Part shown: one piece after another, positions 36,501 to 50,231 of the stretch
How the letters are laid out: each line of letters opens with the position of its first letter
How positions within the stretch are numbered: the first letter of the stretch is position 1
Source: Botryllus schlosseri
Lineage: Eukaryota
Direction of reading: 5' to 3'
Assembly: GCA_051294905.1 (NCBI GenBank)
Contig: CM119385.1
Coordinates: forward strand, 14,942,001-15,006,000
DNA: 64,000 nucleotides
Notes under the pieces: generated by a model
What the model saw: only the letters and a program-made list of their open reading frames with translations
What the model was told of the DNA's origin: nothing
Databases searched by the model: none
Position numbers and translations under genes: made by a program

Positions 36501-39500
36501 ATGCTTTAGTTGTAGGTAAAAGTGCTGGTGACTATGTTTTCAAGTGAGGTCACGTTGATTGTGTCATCATTTCTTTTTTTCTGTCAGTCTGTATCTTAAC
36601 GATGACCATGTTGCAGTTGTTGAATACAATTTCAGTTATCAACTATATGTTTGCAGTATGTAAACTACTATTATTCTGTACGTTCATCCTGGCTTCAGTT
36701 TCTGTTGATGTTTATATTTACATTTTTCCAGAAATCGCATATGGTAATATAATATTTGCCGCTACTCATATAGTAATATGGAACATGAAGCAATTTTTGA
36801 AAGCAGGATTATTTTTGGACTCGGATAATGAAATATGCGATTGCAACAGGATCAGGATTGGATCAGGATTATGATATCATGAAACAGGATTGGAACAGGA
36901 TCCTAAAAAACCATGATCCGTACATCTCTAATATCTATACACAATGATAACAATGTAAATACAACGTGTGCAGGTACCGGTAGGCCACCCTACACAGTTT
37001 TGAACAGAGATCTAGCATGAGGTAGGGTAGACTTTATTTGCCATTAGGTGACAGCTTGCAAATTCGCAATACATAACGACTGCCGCGAACAGATGCCACG
37101 GTGATGATTTCATGCCTGAATATGATGTAAACTACGCAATAACTTGATTTCACCTTGTCGCAATTCAAGTCAAGTCAGGTCAAGTCTATATTTACAGGTA
37201 CTCCACTGATTTGGTTACCAGATGCTTCTGGCAGTTAGGGCCAAAGACGGTCAATTCAGTCGCTGATCTCCCAAACAACAACTGTAGGTATAAAAATGCA
37301 AGTGCCACTATGAAGCAGAAAGATGTGATTTAGAATCGTAAGTTTTAAAGTTTTATTCATTCAGAACTTAGTCATTCAGCACAGTTGATTACTGTTATCA
37401 TGTACAAATAAGATAAGATTAATGGTAAGATTGAATAGACCACTGCAGCGGTTCCCAAACCTTTTAGAGCGTAGCACAAATCCTAGTTTCATAAATGTCT
37501 CTCAACCCAAGCCTCAGACATTGAAAACATGCATTTACAATGGTAGCATTCGACATTTTTCGCAAACCAGACTTTGGTAACCGCTGCAGTAATGGGAAAG
37601 CGGACCCAATGAGAAAATGACCTCTTGAAACACGATACCCAGCATCCACTCAGTTAAACAGAATCAAACAATCCGATATTATATGTCATCAGCGTGTGGG
37701 ATTCAGTTCACAATTAAAACAGAAATAAAACTAGTCATCGCATCGGTACTAACCAGAAATTCAAGTTGATAAGTCACAGAATGATTAACCAACGTCGTAA
37801 ACATGCAACAAAGCTAACAAGACAGCTACAATCTCATAGCGATATTACCTTTGTGCCAGACATTTGCCGGATTAAGTAGGGGTGTCCGGCTGTCGTGTGA
37901 GAGGCGCGAGACGTTTTTAACGAAGATGAAGTCGACGAAGTAACCATGATGTTTTCGTGTTTGCTCTGGAAAAGAGATGCCCCGTTAATGTGTATGTGTA
38001 CCCTGATCCTTTTTCTGCGCGATATGACTACGTGGCGAGACAGGATCGGTTACTTTTGACGATATTGCTGCCCAAAGCTGACATGTTTCACTGTAAAATT
38101 TGTGATGCACCACATCGATTGAAAGAACCCGCAGCCCGAGAACAGTATGATGAATGCAGGCAACAACGGCCATGTAAAAATACCATCGGCACCGCCAACG
38201 ATGAATGAGCTACTTGCCCACTCCATGAGCAACGGTAGATCATTTCATGATTGTTTGCTTTGTTTGCTAAGTGTGCAACCCCAACGTGTACCGAGCAGCT
38301 GTAAAGTTTACAACATGACCCCCTGTAATAGAAATGCGCACCAGATTTTGGAGCAGTAGGGTTCTCTCGTATTCAAATGTCAGCAAGGTAGAAAGGGAAT
38401 ATCCGTGATCACTGATGTCGCATTGCAATGATGACGCAACTACTGCAGTTCCGATTTTTTCAATACCAACCTCGGTCCACGTAGTGGATGGCAACGCACG
38501 GGCGAGGCACGTGGCTGAAAAAACCGACGACATCGGCGGTGAACCGTACGACGATAAGGCTTGCTCGTTTGACGCGGGCTGCTCGGGAGAGAATGCGTCG
38601 CTGCTGTCCTCCTCGTAATCGGAAGTGGTCTTCTTGTAGGGAATATTGCCATCTGGAAAATGCACGGTGAAGTCAAGCACTGCAAGATCAAGTGCGAAAA
38701 GCTTTCAATTTTCCCATTCATCCCGAACTCAAGGAACCTGACAACCCAACTTCTCTTTCATGCTATGCGGATGATATTATGATTTTACGACTAAATTACA
38801 ATAATGTGATCCTATGCGAAGCTAGGATGAACATTGTGACCTCATTTCTATCGATGGCGGGTGAGTGTCAGGTGTAAAAACTCGTTGACCAGTGGTGATT
38901 CTTCTGCTATATTTGCAGTACTCGGGTAGGTTTTGCCTACTTGAACTCCGTCCATAATTGGAGTAGAGTACTTACTTTTTACTGACCTCACTGCCCATAA
39001 CCAGGCTTCAATGTTCGCTTATAACTCACATTCATCGCAAGGTAATAGATAACAAACACACTTTCAAACTGCAAGACCTTAGTAATTTGGAAGATCATCT
39101 CTAGTGATAATATGAGACATTCCAGAAAAAACTTATGTTTTAGCGCAGGCTACCTTTTAGCGCTTCTGCCACAGTGTCGTCCGCCGGTATGATATTCTTT
39201 TCCACGAGTTCAAACACTCCCGGACGCTTGAAAATCTTCTCGTTCAAGTCATCGACGAGTTGCGCTTTCTTCAGTTCTTTCTGGTTCGCAACGATTGAAT
39301 CGTACGCGCTCGTATCTGTGCAAGATTGGTGCTATTCAAAGTATTGCGCATTTCTCCTTCACCTCGACCAAATATATTCCAAGGCTATAATTTTAGGGGC
39401 GAATAAGAATGTCAGCACCATCTAGCCTCCGGTTTTCAGGTATTTGTGTTCTTTTTCAGACGACACTAAGAAAAGTCGGACAAAAGAAACCCTACACTTG

Positions 39501-42500
39501 AATACTGAGATCTCGGTAATGAAATATTTAGCTTCTCTACACAATTGCGATTATTTATTTGTAAAATGCTAGAAATATTTTAGGTGTTCAGGTTCGACAA
39601 CCTTTGTTATTACTAAGCACAGCAGGCAGCGGATGAACCCATTTCAACTGCCATAAATCAGAGGCGTCAATCATCGCCAACTTGAGTATGACAGCTACAT
39701 AAAATACTGATCTCTAATTAAACATTGAAGACGGCGACATATTTCCATAATTTATCATTGTGCGATGTCGGTTGGAATAACCTTGGAGTCGACCGATTAT
39801 CTTTTAATCGCTATTGAGGAGAAATTGTCTCTCTAATCGCGAAAAACGCGTGGTTATGCGATAACCAATGGCACCATTACAATACGTCTTTGTAGTATGG
39901 AAAGCTAGAATGTCTCATCGATCCTACAATCGATTCAGTGATGTCACGCACAAATCTGGCGTTATGACGTCGACAAAAAAAAAACAGCTGGGCGAAAAGG
40001 CAGAACGAGTGAGTCACCGATCACTTATCACATCTACACCATTGCCGCAGTTAAGCAAACACAAGTCGCAGACACGGAATTCGCACACGAGATCGTGAAT
40101 AGCCGGCGTTTGCAAGCTGACCTGGATTAAGTTCGCCTAACAATAACTTGGTCGGCGCCGCGTCGAAAACGTTCCGAGAAAGAATTCGAAACACTTGGGG
40201 TTAGCATGAGTTGATGCGCGGTGTCAAACGCAATTTCATCGACAGAAATGGGTTTCGTCAAGGCTTAGCGCCCGGGCCGATGGGTTGATGACAGAGGTAC
40301 AAAGCGCCGAATTGAGATTCCTTGTATATATCCCACGATATCTGGTGCTATGTTTGGAATAGGGCGTGTTCATTTCGAGATTACTGTTTGATAGAAGAAA
40401 TAGCTGCCTTGACAAATCGATCGTTTATCGTGCATTCCAGATCTCTATAACAAAATCAACCCTACAAAGTACAAAATCACTTGAGTATGCCGACATATAC
40501 ACAGTCCCGAATATAATTGTTGAATCGAGTGTGTGGCGGCATTGAAACATCAAACACTGTTTACAAACGCGGATTACCTTCTAAAATATGCTTCTGAACG
40601 AGATAGTCCCTTTCCGGCCGGTCCTGCATTTTCTTATTGAGAAAATCCCCCGTCCTGGCGCGTTCCAGCTTCTGCCTTTGCTCGTAGAAGGCGCCAGGAC
40701 TTTTCAAGGCTGTAAAATAAAGAAGACACGCGATAACACACTAAAGCACCGTGTGTATTTAGTTTATTGTCAAAAAATTAACGCCACAACCGCAAATACA
40801 CTCGACGAGACAGGAATTTTTCTGCCGACCGCGCGTGTCATCAATAATCGCCACAACAGGAAATACACGCGGTCGAAATGTGACGTAACCATGAACACAG
40901 GTCGCGGAGGACCGATGGTGTCGTTACACCGAGAACAGCTGTCGTCCAAAGCCTGTACCGATGTCAAATTACGCCCAAACTGGCGAATCGGAACTGTCCA
41001 ATCACGGTCGGCAGGATATTCAAATAGTCGGAAGTAGCCGATACGACAATTAAGCGAAAATAGACGGATTACGAATGCTTGTAACGCCACACATGCATGA
41101 TAAAACACCTGGTCTGCAATGATTTCACAAAGAATTGAGTTCATAATTGCATACCCGAAGGATAATTTTGATTGTATGGCGTAGAGGGCGGGCATTCTGA
41201 ATGACTGAAAAGGATCGGTCACGGTCACAACCACAATGTGCTACAGGCCGACGCAATGGTGGTGCGAAAATGAGCTACACGAATTTGACCATTAGTGCAG
41301 GTAAATAAAACTTTGAGGGAGCCCACGTAAGCGTTCAATTCAATCATATCGCATCGTTAAAATCGCGCATTCAAAACTTTGACAGCCCAGACGTAAAAGT
41401 GTACACACAAAATCCAAGATAACGAGCATTGCATAAATCACGAGCGTTATTTTGATACTGCGCCGGTACCGCAGAGCTCGTAAACTTTTTTGCATTACAG
41501 CTCATATGCGCAAATAAAAAGAGCGGTCTTGCGGCTTCACTAATAAAGCTTAGCGGTCGTGGCCAAAATCAGCAAACGTAAATCATCCCGGCCTCGCTCT
41601 TGACTTCGGGACATAATCGCGCAGCGCAGGATAGCCGTTAATTGGCCGGAGAACGATTCGCAAATAAAGTTTAATAAGCCATAGTCAAACTCAGATTGAG
41701 ATGTAAACCAGAAAGATTTAAGCCAGGATAATTAGAGCATCTTAAGTATTTCCGTAGCACACGGGCTGTCGACAGATTTATGGCAATTACCGAAGCCCGG
41801 TAAAGCCTCAGTAGTCGGTATGAATCAATGTCAATGCTACTAAGATAGGGTATCTCAACAGCCAACTGTGTTGATAACCTCAAATTTCAACAAGGCGCGC
41901 TAGGAAAATTAATGAAAGCGGGCGCTATCCGACCCGACAGTAGCAGCTACATACAGACAATGCAGCAACTTGTGCGATACGCGTCGAGATAAAATCTTGT
42001 CTTACGATCCCGGTGTTATTGTGCAATGCGCCGGTTTTAAGTGATGGCCGCGGTGGCGCACGCGTCATTACTATTGCGCTTTCGCTGATTTATCAAAATC
42101 TGGAGAGATCGGAATTCAGCGCCTTTTCTTCTCGGTATTTACATACGAGCAACACATCTCGTCTGCGATGCATGCAAAACTCTGGCAAGTCACGGATGTT
42201 TGTTACTGCGGTGTTAGCACGACCGCTATTTAATAATACCAAGCTAGTCGCCAGTGATCGATACAGATAGCCTGCACAGTGCACAGCACAGGCACACTTT
42301 ACAGGCTAACAAGTACGCCATAAAAATCCAACTCAAGAATCTTCTAAAATGTATTAAGTTGCCGTGATACGGGGACTTTGCCCAACAGCAGTTAACGCAG
42401 AATTGGAAGTAGTCTAACAGATTACCACTTAGGAGTAAGTAGTACTGGTGTGCAAAACCTAGTCCAGTACTCCGAAAAAGTACAAGTACTACGTTAGCGA

Positions 42501-45500
42501 CCACCTCTAGTTGCCGGCTACACCCATGCGACCAGCTACAGTCTATTAGGCAGTGTCGCGATTGCGTGGTTAAGAAAAGCGATGACACCGGGTTTGTCCA
42601 CGGAAAATGAAGTTCCGAGAACTCTAACGTAACGGATAACTCCATCTGAACGTTGGTGACATGCCCTGGCGAATCTGCTTACTCAGTTCTATGAAACGAA
42701 ACAGCTATGAAAAACCCATCACGGGAGCCATGTCGCATTGTCAGAAAATTAGCAATCAAATTTGAAGTGGAAGATTGATTGAAATCGAATGCATGTCACT
42801 CCATATTTTGATGTCACGGAGTGGAGTCGCCGAGAGTAACAGAATACGCATGGCCGCCGACCAACACACGCATCTGTGACGTCATAATTATTACGATAAA
42901 ACGTTATCCTATCGCATCTGCGGGTAACGTCTGTGTCAGTAATTTGCCGGAGCGCTGTGTTTTGGGTTCCGACTTTATAATCTCGACTTTTAATAAAGGG
43001 GTCTTTTCGCAGAAGGCGGCATGACGCAAAAAAAAACGTTATCGCCCGCGATACGCGAAACCCACAACCGCCTTTACCAACAAGTAATAATCCGAGATAA
43101 TCAGGTAATGGAGATTGATGGGCGGTTCCAGCCGGCAACGTATGGCCGCAGCGAGAACTCGCCTGAATACACTTGAAAACCAAAGACAACATCGTGAATC
43201 AGAGTTTATCACGATGAGCATAGCAGTAACGGGTGAGGGCCGAAAACGGGCCGCGTCGTTTGCCCCAGGCTCGCGGACATCGCTATTTTGTGATTCCAGA
43301 TTTGTGCGGTGGAAATGATGGTTTCAAGATCATGATTATGTAACGCCGTTGGCACAGTCGTGTGTCTCGCATCGGTGGAAAACGTTGACACAGGGAGACT
43401 ATACAAACGAGAAGCATTGACCAAGCATACCGATATCGGACACCGGAATCGACCAGGACCAGGAGTATCAATTTATATATTTTACGTGCCAAAATACGGA
43501 AATTAATACACGCGTAAAAAGCTACACACTAGTTCCGATGGTATGGCACTACCCGGTTATATATTCACCGGACTTTACAATCCGGATAAGAAATGACCAA
43601 TAAGCAAGTTTCATAAAATAACCTCTTCGCCGACCAGTTAGAGAAGGAAAAGTAATTTGCATGCCCACAACGCGTCATATCGCGAAATAGGGCTCGCCCT
43701 ATTGAAACGCGACTATTGCACTATTTGAATGCCAATTAAACCCAGTATGCGCCATAGTAAACTTTAAAAGTCACGATATAAATCATAATTCCCAGCTCAC
43801 GCACGTTAACGAGATAATGCATTTGTGAACTTAAGCAAACGTAGCGCACGTGGACAGCAAATGAAACGATGTGGTTTAACTGTTGCCAATCTCTGTAGTG
43901 TAACGCAATGTACAACAATGCATTCTATGCTCAGTCTATGTCGTCGTAAGATTGCGGTGCCGTATTCATAGTGACATGGGACATTAATCACAACTAAGCT
44001 TCCTTGCCGTATTTTCTGGAGAAGGAAACCATTTGTGGTCCCAATAGCGGAATTCAGCAGTAATTAGCCCACTGAAGAGCTTCTTGGAGGCACAGAACTT
44101 CGATATAAAACCGAATGTTCTGAACAATGTTCTTTCCAATTATATACTAGTTGCCGACGATTGCCCCTGACGAGTGTCAGCCCAAAAAAAAATCGGGTTA
44201 ATTTAAATATGGATATATTATTCAATAGTAATTGCTGACTTGAAGCAGAAGCCAGCACCCAAGAAGTATAATATCGGAGCATGAAGTACGCGAGTACCAA
44301 CTAAACCGCCAAAATTTTAATAATAACATATACAGAACATGCCTTCCACTTTTCATTCGATTTTAGGAATATCCTCGAATCTGCAATATTACCCGTTTCG
44401 AGGAGGCATAACATAACGCGCCGGGCGCGAGACCATCTCGTTAAATCTCCGCAGTGCCATTTACCACTCCACCATCCATTCCCACAACCAAGACTAAGCG
44501 CATGACGCAATACCCTTAAAGAGTTTAAGTAGGCGCGCCGAGCAAACGGGAGAGGGCTCGAACACGGCACGCGAAAAATCTACTCTACGAGATAACGCGC
44601 GGCCTTACGAAACGGTTTTCCACATTCAAGTCAGAATTGCGGACCATGTTACGCACGCAGTCTTGAGTCATTCGGTCGCAAATCACGCGCAAGAAAAATC
44701 ACAACGACACACCACGCCGACAAAACAAAACCTCCAGTTCAAAGAATTAGGGTACCAGAGAAAATCTCGACTAAACCGTAAAAACGAGTTCATCGCGGTT
44801 TAAGTCATTTGGCGAGCGTGAGTTTCAATAATTGTGCGTGAAGCAGAGTACGGTGCAAATATAATTTAGACTTCAAATACGGAGTGCTGATAGACACCAA
44901 GTATCAATTAAGACAACTTTTCAGCAATCCAACCTAACATAAAGCAGAGCCGGCCGCACTAATATACGGGCAATCAGGCTAATGCATCAGGAACGTAAAA
45001 ACCATGTTCGAATCCTGATTCAGAAGTTGGCAATTCACGATTACCTACATTTCTATTGTCGTATTAGGATATAGAAAGACGTCCAAGCATGATCAAATTG
45101 ACCATCACCAAGATTCATATGAATTGCTCAGAGTTGTTCTCAACAGTAAATCGATAAAGGACACCCTATATCTGTCTTCTCTAAGAGGAAAAACCTCAAA
45201 TCATCACACATAGTTACAGGATATTGTTCACAAAGGCAGGGGTTATCTCAGTGTTTATTGTAGTGACTCGACTAATCAAAATACCACTGAGGGAAGCGCT
45301 GTATCACCACACGCGCGCAGCTACTCACACTACAGCAGCTTATAGAATCACAAAAAGACACTCACGCGGAATGATTCCCTGATCCGCCAATATCTTCCTC
45401 GGCCTTCTCTGCTGCAGCTTCAGAGCCAGCGCTGTAACGAAAAAGACATGTCCAAGAAAACGCATGTATACGGCGCAAGATGTTGCCAGGCAGGCGATGC

Positions 45501-46820
45501 GAAAATCAGATCGCGGTCTGATTCACGGCAGAGGATATTACTCCTACCACGAATCATGGTGAGCGCTGCCTACGAAACGGCAGGCGTTTAGTCACCGCAA
45601 TGCAGGCAGCTATACACAATACACATACACAAAGTGACGTGGCTGAATTATGGCGTCCCGAGTAAACAATGGAACGGTCGTAGTGTTGAAAAAACTATCA
45701 TAGTCCACACAAGCACAACTTAACGATTTATTATTAATATTATGTAACTCATTAACTCAATAGTGGGTTGTGTTGCAGCATGCAGGGATTATACTACCCG
45801 CACCAGGCTGCGGCCGGCTTCATGCATACCGTGCGCACCGTAAGACGAATAGTTGATAGTTCCAATGAATCGGTGGCACCTTGGGCAAATGCCACTGGCT
45901 TCTTTTGTGACCAAGCGCCAAAATGAGAAATTGTGATAGCAAAGTGCAGACGCGATAAAAATTACGGGCTTGCGATAATTGCTAGTGACCAATAGGTTTA
46001 TATATGTTCCTCTATCAGCCTTCAAGTCACACAATCCACCTCCAGTATCGTATTTTATAAAAATAAGTCTTGGATGGAGAGCGCTGCATGCTTTGATCGT
46101 ATTCTTTAATTAATTTATCAATACATCAACTAAACGTTTATATAACGCAGGTTAATGCTGACATACTGCAAGTTCATCCGCAATTTACCAGAATGCTTGG
46201 GGATTCCTTACAGAATATCAAAGGCCAGCTATACTATTCTTTCACAGAACGGCCACTGAGCATTGAGCAAGCATACGACACAGCCAGAAGTATACAAAAA
46301 TATCGACATCCCATCAATTCTCAACCTAACACTGATTCTGCAACACCTGTGCCATATACTAAAACGTGGTCGGCACATTATCATTAATGAACCTCCCCAA
46401 AGGACTCAATCAGGCGTCAGGTCAAATCACCGTTAAATCCTCGCGGCGCGAATTTCAAAAGGTACCTGGTGGTTTCTGTTTTAGCATTTCCAATCCGGTT
46501 TGAACAAGCGAATGCTTCCTCAACAGGGAATTAATCAACCTGCTCAAAGACTTGATGTCGACTTTGGTTTTAGCCTCAACCGGACTCGGCGGAGGACACT
46601 GCTTAACGGGGGAAGTCTCCTGGTCCATATTCTCGTCCGGGATGCTTTCTTCGTTGGTGGAAACAGAGGCGGGGGATAAGAACCCGTGAGACGCGTCGTC
46701 CAAGCCATCGCTCAACGGACTGGGTTGACTAGAGCATTCGGATTCCGACCCAGAGTTACTTCCAGTGCTGGTAGACCGCCCCAGTTGCGCCGGACGCGAG
46801 TATATCTCTTCCCCTGGCAT
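27509..46820 (-). CDS. MRTF: MRTF/myocardin-family SRF coactivator (3 RPEL motifs, basic and Q-rich regions, SAP domain, coiled coil, C-terminal activation domain), 19 exons, 1181 aa
   Basis: GT-AG exons with consistent phases: 46820-46466, 45431-45366, 40709-40578, 39315-39154, 38652-38471, 35479-35372, 35307-35177, 33271-33091, 32368-32307, 32245-32132, 31804-31741, 31640-31488, 30947-30736, 30429-30345, 30157-30020, 29955-29858, 29487-29367, 28979-28850, 28560-27509 (3546 nt). Motifs: LKLQQRRPRKILADQGIIP, RPERDYLVQKHILE, DDLNEKIFKRPGVFELVEKNII, EEDSSDAFSPEQPAS, KKFKYHQYVPPDQ, MDTPYSRLLEQQQLYLQLQI, MKVAELKEELKAR/VTGTKEVLIERL, EPPKYDQA, LGWLDL, terminal WDGL*. Exon 1 and its start codon (46820 vs in-frame 46940) are less certain than the conserved core. 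Confidence 0.9.
29301..29350. mobile_element. Solo end of the 6653-7050 MITE family
   Basis: cagtggttcccaacctttttcgactca...ccccttatcaagctc is nearly identical to 6653-6700. Confidence 0.7.
31263..31373. repeat. ~48-bp tandem duplication plus 16-bp inverted repeat in an MRTF intron
   Basis: Two units acttgtgcca.aaaaagtcgcttcggaagttttggctt.aaagccgat, followed by acttccgaagcgactt (reverse complement of aagtcgcttcggaagt). Confidence 0.8.
33335..34665. mobile_element. Charlie-like hAT element, 1331 bp including a nested MITE
   Basis: TIRs cagtggttctcaacc / ggttgagaacccctg; perfect TSD ctttagac; cgcgcccccc subterminal repeats. Confidence 0.92.
33451..33975. mobile_element. hAT MITE, 525 bp, nested in 33335-34665
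   Basis: Ends cagaggtgggca / tgcccacccctg; perfect TSD atctaata. Confidence 0.9.
35733..36930. mobile_element. hAT non-autonomous element, 1198 bp, with caggat/ggatc subterminal repeats
   Basis: TIRs tagagatgtac / gtacatctcta; perfect TSD atatctat. Confidence 0.92.
36081..36240 (+). pseudogene. Possible remnant of a hAT transposase N-terminus (BED-finger-like)
   Basis: MSEILELIAQNDII...KTKSDAWRQFLYLVGKRDGKYAGYDLC resembles the S.VW..F...........G...C start of hAT BED fingers; the CxxC and HxxxH motifs are not intact. Confidence 0.3.
37164..37440 (-). mobile_element. Possible LINE 3' fragment with (GACTT)n tail
   Basis: caagtcaagtcaggtcaagtc followed by tatatttac on the plus strand; 5' extent uncertain. 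Confidence 0.35.
37446..37586. mobile_element. Short Charlie-like MITE, 141 bp
   Basis: Ends cagcggttcccaaa / tttggtaaccgctg; TSD not recognisable. Confidence 0.6.
38890..38993. mobile_element. Degenerate short MITE related to the cagaggtggtca family
   Basis: cagtggtga ... tgacctcactg ends with gagtagagtacttac subterminal motifs; no TSD. Confidence 0.45.
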
Positions 46821-48480
46821 TCGGTCGCACGACCTTTCCCCGTGAAATTTCCAAACTTTCTGTCCATACGCATAACACATAAAGGTCCCATTACCGCCTT
46901 TGCAAGTGATGATCGGCGGGGTTTGCCCAAATTTTGCCATCGCTAGTTACTCTAATTCGTAGGCTGTTGGATATATTCGGATGCTGCATGCAAATACAAA
47001 ACCCGCTGAACTAATGCAAGATTGCGTAGTTTCAAGTCAGTTCCTGCGCCACAGGAAAAAATATTACGCATCATAAACCGATTTGTGAGTTTCGAGCGTC
47101 CAGGGACCTTGATACTTATGAACCAGGAAGTTTGTTTGTGAACGCAGTAAACCCAGTTTATGGGCATAAGTTTACATAGATTCCCACCCTGCATATCTCC
47201 GCTTTCACAATAATCGATCATAAAGGCTGCCTATTTAGTGCCTCTCAAAAACGGTCACTGCCGCAAATACCAAATCGTCTCACGAATTCATTGAATATCC
47301 CCAAGCGTACATACCCGAAATCTTATCGTTCAAGTGTGACCGAAACAACCAACTAAGCAACGAGAGCTTTTATATAACGGAAAGACTTATCGTTATCACC
47401 AGAGAGTTCCACTTGAGGCGAACAAATATCTCATATTGTCGCATAATGCGAATGAAGTCCACGGTGAATGCGTAGCGCATTGTAATTTGTAAATCATAGC
47501 TTACAACAAAGTTTGCAAAAGTATTGTTGAAATAGACTGCATAACAGGTCCGTAACATCTACCTGACACCGTACCCTTGCCTTGAGTAATACGAAACCAA
47601 GCAGTATTCCGTCCGGGCTAATCACACAAGGTTAGACCGGAGAGCTACAAGATCACTCGCCGGGAAAAAGTCACATTTCCTCGGCCGCGTTTCATTACAT
47701 TCTGGGGTTATACAGTTCCTGCTAAATTTGCGCGTGATACAATCTATAGATCCGCGCTTGTACTAACGCACTGTATGCAATCTAGCTCATATTATCGTTT
47801 CATACATTCGTCGCTGTTTGATTGAGCGTATCGCAAAGCCAGCATACAAGAGTACTGGCAGCACCTTACTAGGCCACTGTAAATGCTAATATTCTGCTTA
47901 CGTCTCTGAAATCGCATGTTTCTGTAACTTCGCGAGTTTTAAACGCCTGTCTGCGATTCGAGAGAAGAGCTAAATTGCCGGAAGGAACGGGCTTCGTCAC
48001 CACTCTTGTTCAGATTGATGACGTATGCCGTGTGCCGATTCAAATAGCCTCACGAAGCGCGAACGCCAGCCTAAATACCCAACGCGGCAGGAACCTATTC
48101 TGACGTACACTTTCACAACTCGCGCAGAAATGAATGCAAAGCATTCCTGGGCACGGCCATTTCCATTTACACAATTTGCATTGGTTTCAACACGAGATAG
48201 GCTACCTTGAGCGTCCGAAGACGTAATCCGACGCTAAGCCCGTAACGTACCGTAACCCGATGAAACAAACTTAACTCTATCAACTCCCCTCTTCAAACCG
48301 CGCACTTCAGCAAGACAATAGCCCTTCAAAGCTCTCAGAAACCAAGACGGTGTTGTCTGCCAATCTGGTACTAGCCATTAGCCAAATATAAAATCATTCC
48401 CGGTTAGTCCGGATGCTGTACAGAAATCCGGCATGTCGTCCAACCAGACTTGTACAAACTACTGGAATGTCAAAATACGC

Positions 48481-49600
48481 AACTAGAACTAGAACTGCTC
48501 ACTTTTTAAAACTCACAACTAGAACTAGAACTAACGACCATTAAATATCCGTAGTTTGTGCAATCTGCCGGTGACAGATGTCGAAAAGCACAAAATCTCA
48601 AAACACCCATAATTTCCCGACCAATACAACGCCGAATACGGCGGATCGGGATGACTCGGCCGCCCGCAAAACCGCAGTAATTCGCGTATATATAGCTCGT
48701 GGCGAACTAAGAATTCGCAACATCCACCACAATTTACCGACGTCGCGGAAACGGTCCACATTTGCGTCAGCACTCCGACCGCGACTCGCCGAGGCGCATT
48801 GGAACCACATCAACAAAACAAGCATCGCAGTACACATATTATGTCAATCAATACTTCGGACAGACGGAATCGGATCGGTTTTCTAATTAACATCAGTACT
48901 GGTTTGGCGGGGGGTCGACCCCCAAAACCAGTCGCATAACAGAATACCGGTATCACGATTCACGCCAAACAACGACCCGTGTTTTCTAGTCGTTCGGCAA
49001 CATTGCTTTTTACTCCGCAACTAGCACTATAAACTGGAACTAGAACTACTCACTTTTCATAATCCGCAGCTAGAACTAGGACTAGGACTAGGGCTGGGCA
49101 AAATCGAGTACCTGAGTGATTCGATTCTGAATCACGCAATATGCTTCGAGTCGAGTCGAGTAATCGAGTATCACTCATTATGACGTCATAACAGAGTACA
49201 ATACGTTAATGTTCAAATATGTACCGTTTATCCCACCACAAAGAATATAATGCCTGTTATCCATCCCATAAAAGTTACTTAGGTATTTTTTCGACCATAC
49301 CGATTTCATTCCACTTGGCGACAATGTTGAGGGATCATCATGACTTCGGAAATGTGCCACGTCCAGTACCCTTCGTAGCTTTGTACGATCTGTTTCGTAT
49401 GCTACGATACCGCCAAGCAAGGTTTCAAGGCTTCAACGGTGAAAATTAGAATCGCAACTATAATTCTCGTTGATAAATTAACTTTCGGGGGTGAGAAGCG
49501 TATAATTTCAGTACTCGAAAAAATCGTCTTTTACTAGTCGACTCGAATCATTGTGCCCAGCCCTAACTAGGACTACTCAAAAAAAGTACTTAGTTGACCG
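48481..49600. repeat. Degenerate element with (ACTAGA)n subterminal arrays; host of the 49089 insertion
   Basis: Similar actagaactagaact.ctcactttt blocks at ~48481-48540 and ~49035-49088/49566-49600; termini not resolved. Confidence 0.4.
49089..49565. mobile_element. hAT MITE, 477 bp (tagggctgggc family)
   Basis: TIRs tagggctgggca / tgcccagcccta; perfect TSD actaggac. Confidence 0.93.
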
Positions 49601-50231
49601 TAAACGAACTGAATTTGTAGTTTCTGCAATTCTGGCGCTGCGGCAAAGCAGGCAGACATTAAAATCAAGTCGTGACAGTGGAAATGCGATCGCAATTCAC
49701 AAACGCATTTGTTCATGACCGGAAGTCAGCGTGACTTGGACACGCGTCCCGAAAAGTCTTCAGCGTTGGTTGGTTAGATCGATCGGCAGCAAATCGAAAT
49801 ACTACGGTTTCAAGATGCCAACACTTCATCGGTAGAAAAAAGGCGAATTCGAAAACTTCAAGTCACGAGAGCGGCGCGCATAACGCATCCTACGACTTGC
49901 ATCCATCTTAATATCGATACCACACGTCAGGTGCGCCGGTTGCATACCGCGGAATGCGAAATCGAAATCCGGTTATTTACATAGCCGTGTGTCAGGTACA
50001 CAGAAATACAGCTCGTGATTGAAGCAGAAATGCTAACATAGTAAATTCGCGGAGGTCTAACGCTCAATACACGAATGGTAATTGGTGGTACCGAAGCAGT
50101 ACTCGTGTACCGAAAGAGTGCGTTTTCGGTGGTTGCATCTGCCTTCTAAAACTAGCTTCATTTCGTAATCAACAGTCTCAGCAGCGGCTAATGTAATATC
50201 TGATTCGGTAGTTGGAGTAGTTTACTATGCG

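Noticed and set aside
37219-37281. 63-nt in-frame AG/GT-bounded segment (LLFGRSATELTVFGPNCQKHL) between MRTF exons 5 and 6
   Set aside because: Lies in a probable LINE 3' fragment and has no MRTF similarity. Left out of the model, though exonisation is not excluded without RNA data.
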